The notes beneath the pieces are model-generated. The model saw nothing but the letters and a program-made list of their open reading frames with translations, was not told where the DNA came from and searched no databases. Both the position numbers and the translations under genes were made by a program. This document shows, piece after piece, positions 52,401 through 61,848 of a stretch of DNA of 64,000 bases (position 1 is its first letter; each line of letters opens with the position of its first letter). Source of the stretch: Mobula hypostoma (Eukaryota); assembly GCF_963921235.1 (NCBI RefSeq), contig NC_086108.1:17298001-17362000 (forward strand), read 5' to 3'.

Positions 52401-53290
52401 AATGCAAAATGAAAGTCTCCCTATTATGGCAGAGATTATCCAAAGGCAAATCAGAAAAGTCCATGTGGCAACTCAAAATGACTAGAATGTGCAGCAGAAA
52501 CTCCATTTCCCCCGTTTTTACCAGTACCAGGAAGAATTTGCTCTTGATGGATGTTGCCTTATGTGGGGATTGAGTGTTGTTGTACAATCTAAGCTGAGAG
52601 CTATAATGCTGGAGGAGCTGCATGCTGGTCATCCAGGCATGGTCAAAATGAAAATGTTGGCTCAAAGTATTGTCTGGTGACCTGGGATAGATCAGCAGAT
52701 TGAGCAGCTTGTTCAGGATGCCAACATGCCCAGAAGAAAAGTGTCCAGAACTGTCAGAACCATTTCCTGCAGTCCCAGAGTCAACTTGTACAACCACCAT
52801 GGAGAGAGCCCCAGAAAGATGTTAGCCCACAAGAGTAAGAAATCTTCCACAGCGATTAAATCTTTAAGCCCAAATGGGGCAATTTAAAAATTACACTGCT
52901 GTGGACGTGTGTATAGTAGTTACATTGTCTCGTATACTCTGTAATCTATCTATATATATATATATATAGATGACTAGAGAGCAATATGTTATGTGTTTGA
53001 GTTGAGATGCATTCTATATTGAGTTGGAGTTTTTAGCTAAGCAGGGAGGAGTGTTGTGTAGTTAATATTTCAGTAATGTTTAGGTAATATTGTAAATATA
53101 TCATTTGATTAAGCATTCTTTCTTGTTTACATTATTCCTTGTGTAAAAATATGTGAATGGCATACATCATCATGTCATGACATCATATGTGTACACCTCA
53201 CTAAAGATGAAATTGAAATACACACATTATCCTAGGTTCTAGTCTTTTTCTTTCAATTAGTTTTGTTTTATGTTTTGAAGTTACAAAATT
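46492..53290 (+). mobile_element. Gypsy (Mag-like) LTR retrotransposon, internally deleted (RT and IN core missing)
   Basis: LTRs ~46492-46734 and ~53052-53290 (tgttgtgta.ttaatatttcagtaat...); PBS-like tggtgacaag; PPT agcagggaggag; gag LLRSLTAPTKP...LIAE.F, zinc knuckle CKKCNKVGY.Q.VC, protease LDSG, RNase H HGNADGLS, IN HAGHPGMVKMK. Confidence 0.88.
47349..51041 (-). mobile_element. Near full-length Penelope-like element (RT plus GIY-YIG), with a second Penelope 3' fragment nested at ~47591-48097
   Basis: LSETEHSVLCKGLTFAP, QVKGVAMGSRMDP, degenerate YxDD (CYNDNC), LPFLD, LLYISET; TSD-like ggcttaatgataca (47335-47348) and ggcttaataatgca (51042-51055); Gypsy gag resumes at LNNALRDHLACG. Confidence 0.88.
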
Positions 53291-53774
53291 TAGTGTTTAA
53301 AATTCTGCAGCTTCAGTTGGCAAACTTCCTGTGGATGGTGTATTTTCAGAACTGCTTGAAACTGTAAATTAGCAAGTCAACATTACTCATCAATTTTCGC
53401 TCTGCCAACGGTCACAGCACAGTTGCTAATTCTGGTCACTGTGTAATGCTTTAGCATGAAATCATTCATGAGTGACTAGACATTGGTTTGTATGCCCTGG
53501 TTCCTCCACACAGTGGGATCCCAGGTCCATGTATTGTCCATGTAAAATGTATTGCTGATCATTTCCAGATGAAATTGTGCCAGTCCTCGAATTTCCTGAT
53601 GTGCTGTCTGACATTTCCAGAGCATCAGGGGTGCACTTAATAAAGTCAATCATCCTGCATGTTTGAAAGCTTCCCTGCATAAATTGGAGTTGCAGGTTCA
53701 GAAAACAACTGTGGCAATTTTGCGGTTACACAGACAGAAGAATAGCCTGCCAATTTCTCTATTGAAATTTGTGT

Positions 53775-53995
53775 GGGCACGTGGCCAAGTGGTTAAGGCG
53801 TTTATCTAGTGATCTCAAGGTCGCTAGTTCGAGCCTTAGCTGTGGCAGCGTGTTTGTGTCCTTGAGCAAGGCACACATTGCTCTAGTGTCTGTGCGAGGA
53901 GTGGTGCCCCACACAGACTTCCAATCTGCGCCTTGTAAGGCATGAAAATGCCCGATGCAAGCCTCTCATGGTCTGAGTCGACGTTCCCCTCCCCC
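53775..53995 (+). mobile_element. tRNA-derived SINE with a CORE-like segment
   Basis: A box TGGCCAAGTGG, B box AGTTCGAGCC, then gtgtccttgagcaaggcac. Confidence 0.8.
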
Positions 53996-54347
53996 TCTCC
54001 TCTCCATTGAAGCTCCCAGTGGGATTCTTCACAAACAGCTTTAAAAGCCCACTGAAGGTTCTCACATGCCTGCTAATGTGCTGACACTGGGTCAAAATGA
54101 TAACCAGGAATGGAGGGTTTACCAGCTAAAGAATATTTAGTGGGCGATGTGGAGGTGCAACTCTCCAGACTGGTGAGGCACTGCACCCAAGGGTGTTCCC
54201 ACCCCGACCTTCCTCCCCCCCAACCCTGGCACCTTCTATTTCTTTGAGAATGTGAAACAATTGATGCTTTCCTTTAGGCATCTATGATTTTCTTCAATGT
54301 TGGTGGTTATGGGGATCTTGGGGGATGTCAAAGATGTTGTAGTGGAT

Positions 54348-54510
54348 TGTGTGTGTGTGTGTGTGTCCATCTGTGTCTGGGTGTTTGTCTGCATGTCTGT
54401 GACAGTGCATTTCTGTGTGTGTAATAGGTTGTGTGTGTATATGTGAGGTGTATATGCACATGTTTGTCTATGAGTGTATGTGCTTGCACACATGTATCTG
54501 TACACATCTC
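54348..54510. repeat. Degenerate (TG)n microsatellite
   Basis: tgtgtgtgtgtgtgtgtg followed by a TG-rich decayed run. Confidence 0.85.
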
Positions 54511-55686
54511 TGAACAAATATCAGCACTAAAGAATGGTATTTATTGTTTGTCATAAATAGTTATATTGTGTGTTTTATAAATGTTGCATTCAATTCTCTT
54601 TCCTTTTCAGAACATTGTGTGTTTCTTTTTTGGGATTCTGTGTGTAGTTCTGAGCATGCTGAGTATATTGTTTGCAGATCTGTCCACACTGGTGCTCTTC
54701 CCCTGCCCTCTCCTCACTTGCTCTCTCCTCCATGAAAGCCACAGTGGACTGCCAGGGTACTTTAAGGATTGATGCTTTGCTCTGTTTGCTGTATAGCAGA
54801 GAGGTGCACCTGCAATATCCTGGGATTGCTGCTTTCAGGATCAATGTTTCTACACCTTTATTGTAGAAAGCAAATATCACCACTATACATTAGCTAATTT
54901 TGCAATTTCGCATGGACTTGATTTGGCCCAATATACAATGTTTTCCAGCAAAAAAGGTGAAATCAAAGTTCTAGGCAGGTCTTTCACTTTGAAGCCAATA
55001 TGTTTCAAATAAAATAAACCCTGGGCAATACCACCAACAATTTAGTCTTTACAGTGAACAATCTTTCAAAGACTTTTGAAATTTATATTGAGAGTATGGC
55101 TTAATTTAAACATCTTCCTTAGTTATAACTTGGAGAATAACTTACTACTTAGAATGAATTCAAGGAATTCTACTTGTAATGAGATGGCTGATATGACTAC
55201 AACCAAGCTGGAAGATACAATAGGGTTGGGAGGGTTGGAGCCCAAGTATCAGGAGTGTTGATTCTCCTCACCTCTCTCAGCAAGCGAGTGTACACTTCTT
55301 TTTCAATCCATAGAACTACTCTAATCCTGTCAGGTTTGGTGGTTCAAGTACTTCCTCAGGACTGGTGGTAGGTCCAGTTGATTGATGACATGCAGGCTAC
55401 TTATTACTTTGAGGTATTTTCGAATAGTCAGTCTGGTAAATGACATCAAGGATCTTGGCTGAGCTGAAAACCAAGGACACAATGGTAAATTGGGTATGCA
55501 TATAGTGATTACCCAGCCCTATGGGCATGGAAACCACACTAAAATGGTAAGTTGGTGAATCAGTTTATTATTGTCACATGTTCTGAGGTACAGTGAAAAA
55601 CATGTCTTGCAAAATTCCTATGCAGATCAATTCATTACTACAATACATTGAGGTAGTACAAGGTAAAGCAAATGCAGATTATAGTG

Positions 55687-55892
55687 ACATACATCAAAGT
55701 TGCTGGTGAACGCAGCAGGCCAGGCAGCATCTGTAGGAAGAGGTGCAGTCAACGTTTCAGGCTGAGACCCTTCGTCATATCCTGAAACGTCGACTGCACC
55801 TCTTCCTACAGATGCTGCCTGGCCTGCTGCGTTCACCAGCAATTTTGATGTATGTTGCTTGAGTTTCCAGCATCTGCAGAATTCCTGTTGTT
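55687..55892. mobile_element. Penelope pLTR palindrome (75-bp arms) with a 14-bp TSD
   Basis: Arms 55687-55761 and 55781-55855 with 2 mismatches; TGCAGATTATAGTG at 55673-55686 and 55893-55906. Confidence 0.9.
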
Positions 55893-56380
55893 TGCAGATT
55901 ATAGTGTCATAGTTACAGAGAAAATGCAGTGCAGGTAAACAATGAGGTAGATTGTGAGATCAAGAGACTGCCTTGTATTAGAAGACAGTTCAATATTCTT
56001 AAAACATCAGGGTAGTTAATCCTGGTGGTTCATGGCTTCAGGATTTGTATCTTCTGCCCACAGGAAGACAGAGTGACCAGGGATAATGAGGTGTTTGATT
56101 ATGTTGGCAGCTTTACCAAAGCAGCAAGAAGTGTAGTCAGCGTCTATGGAGGGGAGGCTGGTTTCCACAATATGCTGAGCTGAGTCCACAATTCTCCGCA
56201 GTTACTTGCAGTTATGGGCAGAGCAGCTGCTGCACCAAGCTATGATGCATCCAGATGGGATGCTTTCTGTGGTTCAACAATAAAAATTAGCAAGGGTCAA
56301 GGGGAACGTGCCAAATTTCTATAGCCTCCTGCGAAAGTAGAGGCACTGGTGAGCTTTCTTGGCTGTGGTGTTAATGTGGT

Positions 56381-56809
56381 TGTGGTAGAAATGGTTAAAA
56401 CTAGTGTATGATGGGATATTTGACCACTCTGGAGCAGCTGGGCTTAAGACTGCTGCTGTGTATGGCGAATAACCTTGGATAATAAGTGCAGTACCAGGAA
56501 CTCCAATTAATAGGCCCCTGGAGCCAAGAGGGAGATGCATCTGGGGGTAAGTTATGAGTCCTGATAACAGGAAGCAGGAAGAACTGTTAGACTCAAGCTG
56601 AGATTGATTATGTACTGATAGTGAGATGCCAAACAAAGTTATGTGAAGTTGTTTGTCTTGTTGTATAATATGAACTCTCTGTATAACCTAGAATTCAGAG
56701 TTCTGGTGGCAGTGGAGATTGCTGCAGACTCTCCATGATATCACGTTAATAAACTCCGAAAACGAAACTCAAAGTCACTCTGGTGTTCTTAGTTAGTGTT
56801 TCCACGACA
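56381..56809 (+). repeat. ERV 5' LTR (429 bp)
   Basis: Direct repeat of 61234-61695; TATA-like tgtataata; AATAAA at ~56748. Confidence 0.95.
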
Positions 56810-56814
56810 GGATC

Positions 56815-56830
56815 TGGCGACAAGGATGGG
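56815..56830 (+). promoter_or_regulatory. ERV primer-binding site, tRNA-Ser(GCU)
   Basis: TGGCGACAAGGATGGG versus TGGCGACGAGGATGGG, the complement of the recalled tRNA-Ser(GCU) 3' end (15/16). Confidence 0.8.
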
Positions 56831-57398
56831 CTCTCCATTAAGCGAGATCCGAAGAAAGGCTAACTAAGAGGGCCAAGTTAAATAGGGGACTGCCCTAGCT
56901 GAAATGGGGGTAGAGTCCGAATTAAATTAAGGGACTGCTCTAGAGAAAAGGTGGGTAGCGGCCTAATGGAACTGCTCTAGCTGAAAGGGTAGTTGCCAAA
57001 AACCTCCCTGGGAGAAGGGAAGGGAATTAGTGCCCAGCCGGTGACCAGGATGCCAGGATGCCTGCACGGCTGAGACTGGAAGAAGACTCGTGAAGAAAAC
57101 AAGCTAGGGCTACGGAAAAAAGAGAAGGAAAAAAGAAAAGAAAAATGTAGCTACGGGGGAAAAAGTAAAAGGAGACTTCGAGGTTCGTAGATGGAGAATC
57201 AGTGATCATTGTGTACATAAAGAAACTTTGTGCTGTCTTAACTGAAATTAAAATCCTAAAGAGGAAAATTGGGAAGTCGATCAGCTGGCGCTGCTCCTGC
57301 CAATAAACCAAAGAGTTCCGGAGGTAAGACGAAGGTTTTGAACACTCAACCACAAGCAGGTAGGAAAAAAGACCGCCAAAAAGATTAAAAAAGATAAA

Positions 57399-57775
57399 AT
57401 GGCACCGCCAGCAAATAGGAGACCCTTTAGTCCCGCCTGGATTGCCGGCAGATACGGTAATCAGAGAGACCGGAGAGGATCGTTCTGCGGTAACAGACAG
57501 CAGTGATTTGTATGAGTGGTCACATGGGGATTGGCCGTATGGGGAAGTTTTAATCTGAGACTAATACAAAACTGGGAGGACGCCACCGAAATGGGGACAG
57601 CGATCCAAATTGAGATGCTGATTACATGTTAAAATGTTTTAAACGATGGAAGGAGATGGCTAAAAGACACCAACCTCCAAAGAAAAGGGAGACTAAGCAG
57701 CCTGAAACAGAAAAGTCTGGGGCTGAAACGAAACCTGCCACGGGACTTTATCCCCGATTCCCCGTACCGGCCAGG
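57399..57775 (+). pseudogene. gag: ERV gag N-terminal (matrix-like) remnant
   Basis: ATG GCA CCG...; W.HGDWP.(G)SF matrix-like motif across a frameshift; basic, Pro-rich segment ending PATGLYPRFPVP. Confidence 0.6.
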
Positions 57776-57974
57776 AGGGGGAGGGGGAGGGGGAGGGGGA
57801 GATCACTTTTAAATCTCTCACTAACTCTTCCTTCAGTTAGTCCTTTCGAAGGGTCTCGGCCTGAAACGTCGACTGTACCTCTTCCTAGAGATGCTGCCTG
57901 GCCTGCTGCGTTCACCAGCAACTTTGATGTGTGCTGCTTGAATTTCCAGCATCTGCAGAATTCCTCCTGTTTGC

Positions 57975-59337
57975 CTCCTTAGTACTGAACCTTTTAAAAG
58001 CTATACAGTCGCCACAGGCCTTAGCAATAATTAAATGCGAGGCACGCACCTCAGGATGAGGTGAGGTCTCCAAGGGAAATCGGTTTGCAGACATGGTAGC
58101 TAATATAGGTGGCTCTTCAGCAACAACCTGTGCTTCAGACCCCTCAGGTTCAATCGGGAGGGAAGAAGCTCCCTGTGTATATTGATGTCCAGTGGTTGCA
58201 GGAAGCCCAAAATCTTGCCTCACAGCAAGAGAAAATCTGGATGCTACCAGGATACCGGGCTATGGCGTCACCCAGACGGCCGAGTAGTGTGCTCGCGTAG
58301 TTTATTTTTGCCCCTGGCTCGCCTGGCACATGGGCAAAGGAGGGATGCAGTATGCCGTCACTCGACAATGGTATGCCCCAGGGATAACAGTATCTATCGA
58401 GAAGGTAGCACGGACTTGTTTAGTTTGCCAGCAAAACAATAGAGGAAAGACGCCTGCCAGATTTGATCAGCTGCCCCAACCGGAAATGCCTTTCGAAAAC
58501 TTGCAAATTGATTTTGTACATATGAAAGGGGGTTTAGGTATATATTGGTAATAGTAGACATGTTTTCCAGATGGGTGGAGGCCTATCCAAATAGGAGGGA
58601 TGATGCAAGAACTGTGGTGAACATATTGATGAAAGAAATTATACCTAGGTTTGGAATTCCCCGAGAGATAAGTAGCGATAGGGGAACCCATTTTACAAAT
58701 AAATTAGTGCAGGGACTGAAGGAAGCCTTGGGGTTCCAGTGGAAAGTGCATATCCCCTACCAGCCTCAGTCCTCAGGTATGGTGGAAAGAACAAATGGGA
58801 AGATAAAAGCGGCTTTGACAAAAGTTTGTCTGCAAAACTGTCTCGGATGGCCAGATGCACTGCCCTTAGTAATGTACACTCTGCGGAATCAGAAGAATAG
58901 AAATACAGGACTTACCCCTCATGAAATGTTGATGGGGTGGCTTATAACAACAGGAACTAAGCCTCCCATGACCCCAGAAAAGGTAGTGCTAATGTGGAAT
59001 GATGAGAAGACACTGAAATACGCACAAGCGTTGTGTCAGGAGGCGGGAAAATTGTTGTGAGAGGGTCCGGAAAGCCCAGGTATCTTTAACTGAGGGTAAT
59101 GTGCATCTGTTTAAGCCGGGAGATAGAACATATGTGAGATCAATGAATAAAGATTCTTTCTCTCCCAGGTGGAAAGGTCCCTATCTAGTGCTGCTGACGA
59201 CCCGTACAGCCGCTAAGGTGAAGGAGAAACCTGATTGGATGCACACCAGCAGGTGCAAGTTGCACCACGACGAGGACGAAATAAACGCTGAACAATTAGC
59301 ATCTTCCCCGAGAGAGAGGAACGGCGCTCAGAACTAA
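57975..59337 (+). pseudogene. pol: ERV pol 3' part: RNase H C-terminus and integrase (frameshifted)
   Basis: LLKAIQSPQALAIIKCEA..G*.EVSKGNRFAD; H.GKGGM...CLVCQQ; QIDF; VDMFSRWVEAYP; SDRGTHF; GMVERTNG; RWKGPYLVLLTT. Confidence 0.93.
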
Positions 59338-59374
59338 GAACCAAGTGTTATTGAGAGACTGGAAAAGGCCACAG

Positions 59375-59613
59375 GCCTGAGCAAGATTGTACGGAAGACC
59401 AGCAGATGCCTATGCTGCAAGTCTCCCCTCTCCACGCCACCGATATTGTCCAAGGGAAGGGCATTAGGACCCATACAGCTTGGCACCGGTGTCATCGCAG
59501 AGCAATGTGTGGTTAAGTGCCTTGCTCAAGGACACAGACACTGCCTCAGCCAAGGCTCGAACTAGTGACCTTCAAATCACTAGATGAATGCCTTAACCAC
59601 TTGGCCACACACC
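59375..59613 (-). mobile_element. tRNA-derived CORE-like SINE inserted in the ERV between pol and env
   Basis: Minus strand tggccaagtggttaagg...agttcgagcc...gtgtccttgagcaaggcacttaacc; adjacent (CA)n. Confidence 0.82.
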
Positions 59614-59679
59614 AACACACACACACACACAGTGACTGATAGTGACTAACAAAATATATACTCGATAGAGGACTAATGT

Positions 59680-61177
59680 GAAGGAAGTAGTAGTAATGAT
59701 CATAGTGGGGTAGGCCTAACAGCGCCGGAGGGCAAATACAAGGAAATACAGAAGTTTTGAGCATGTAAAGGAAGGACAATACATGGTGGCTGTTTGCTAA
59801 TTATACGGCCTACTGTGCAAATTTAACAAACTGTTATGCTTGTATGGCAGTTCCCCATTCCGCACAGAGTCCTGTATATCTTAAGCCCCTGCCGGTTGGA
59901 AGAGAATCCTCACTGTGTATATTGATAGGATTACAGACCCATACTATTTCAGGCAGCGAGTCTAACGAAAACCAATTTCCCCCTGAGATGAATAAAGTAA
60001 AGTATGACTACTGTGACTGCTCGAAATTGTCTTGACTCCGTAAAGTATCAGGTCTTGAATAGCCTTGAAGTTATAGGGCAGTACCACCACTAACTTTACA
60101 ACACTGTGCTGTATTGTCTCCAAGCTCGGGCCTTAGATAATAGCTCCAACACTACCACTGTGCCAAGAGGGGTGTATGTAAAAACACGCGTACCCCGGCT
60201 CCGGTCTGTGTTCAGGACCAGGGTCTAAAAACAACTGGTTAGGATTTTCATTTATACTTCCTTCACACCCCTAATGCAGTGGCCTAATCAACCCGATAAT
60301 GTGACCAGTAGAGAGTATTGGACAGGTAAAAATTGGACCTACGTTACTGTTCCATGAATGGCAATGGGAGTATATGGGGTGTCCGGGGTAAGCTGGATTT
60401 GTGGGTCTAGGACATATCCGTGGCTCCCTAGGCAATCGGCTGGCTGCTGCTAATTGGGAAAATTGTCTACTTCTGTTACAAATAGAGTCCCGCCACCCAA
60501 TGTTTCTCATGCAGACCACCTACACTCATGAACCAGACGTGGCCTTTGGATTTCTGTGGGGAATAAGATTTTAGCAGGATTACTCCCCTGGTAGGGTACA
60601 GTAGATAATGCCAATATAATGGACATTATGTTTAGAACGAGAACAGTTGGCCAGTAAGACTATAGAGGGATTCACCATTCTGAACCAAGTTCTTTGACTG
60701 GTTACCTTACAGAACAGAATGGCCCTAGTCTATGTATCAGACAGGGAAGGAAGGGTCTGTGCATTAGCAGGGAAAGAATGTTGCACCTACATACCCGAAG
60801 ATTCAGAAGATATGATGCATGTGTCAGAACATATGACCCAGCTATGAGATGAAATACGTAGACTGAACTTTCAACCCCCTCCAGAAGACTGGGATTTCTT
60901 TAGGTGGGTTAAATCAGTGCTAGGAGAAGGAGTATTTTCCTGGTCTCAGCCCCTCTTTTATGGTTTCATTACCCTGATCTGCTTAGTGGTGGTAGTTCAT
61001 TGTGTCATACAACTATGCATTCGCTGGGTCTGCACCCCTCCAAAGTCAAAGCCAGGGCAGACGGTAGCATTACTCTATGCGCAATCTCACATCATGGGAG
61101 AGGGGAAAGAAGAAGAGAGTTACGATGAGAGATGCTCCCTTATCCAGTGGGTTATGGGCCCCTTTTATACAAATTAG
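59680..61177 (+). pseudogene. env: ERV env (gamma-type), disrupted
   Basis: SU CXXC (NCYAC), WICGSRTYPWLP..GCC; TM immunosuppressive domain LQNRMAL, CX6CC (CALAGKECC) then TYIP; membrane anchor FYGFITLICLVVVVHCVI; stop codons present. Confidence 0.92.
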
Positions 61178-61233
61178 AAAGAAGGGAATACGAATCTTTA
61201 AGTGTTGATCAGAAAGATCAACAAGAAGGGATT

Positions 61234-61695
61234 TGTGGTAGAAATGGTTAAAACTAGTGTATGAAGGGGTACCTGACCATTCTGGAGCAGCTGAGCTTAA
61301 GACTGCTGACGTGAGTCGAGAATAACCTTGGTTGATAAGCGCAGTACCAGGAACTCCAATTAATAAGATACTAGGCCTCTGGCATCAGGAGGGAGGATGC
61401 ATCTGGGGGTAAATTATGAGTCCTGATAACAGGAAGCAGGGAGAACTGTTAGACTCACACTGAGGGATAATTGACATATCTTTTAAACAATTGATCATGT
61501 AGTGACCGTGGGATGCCAAACAAAGTTATATGATGTTGTTTACCTTGCTGTATAAATATGAGCTCCGTATAACCTAAAAATCGGAGTTCTGGTGGAAACG
61601 GAGACTGCTGCAGACTCTCCATGATATCATTTTCTAAACTCTCAAAATGAAACTCAAAATCTCTCTGTGTGTTCTTAGCTAGTGTTTCCACGACA
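61234..61695 (+). repeat. ERV 3' LTR (462 bp)
   Basis: Follows the PPT; ends CACGACA then the TSD GTGGT. Confidence 0.95.
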
Positions 61696-61848
61696 GTGGT
61701 TACAAAAGGAAAGGCTGTAAGTGATGTTCACTTCTAGGGAAATTGAAACTCCTTGACTTCAGCACTGTAACTGTAAACAATGTGCAGCACCTCACTTCCT
61801 GATAACAATAACCAACTCTTTTACTTTGCTGACATTGAGGGGAAGGTT

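Larger units (their letters stand above)
56381..61695 (+). mobile_element. Class I (gamma/epsilon-like) endogenous retrovirus, defective provirus
   Basis: Paired LTRs TGTGG...CGACA, TSD GTGGT (56376-56380 and 61696-61700), PBS, PPT acaagaaggga, and gag, RNase H, IN and env remnants. Confidence 0.95.
55560..61848 (-). mobile_element. Old Rex/Babar 3' fragment split by the ERV (segments ~55560-56380 and 61701-61848)
   Basis: Right segment encodes NL.LNVSKVKELVI...; left segment continues HINTTAKKAHQCLYFRRRL. Confidence 0.7.

Noticed and set aside
53775..53845. tRNA gene (also 59545-59613)
   Set aside because: A and B boxes continue into a SINE body, and no convincing cloverleaf or terminator is visible.
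53462..55261. Several 60-100 aa ORFs
   Set aside because: Chance-length or microsatellite-derived frames with no motif support.
57626..57982. 118-aa Gag-Penelope fusion ORF
   Set aside because: Incidental read-through across a rearrangement junction; upstream gag is frameshifted.
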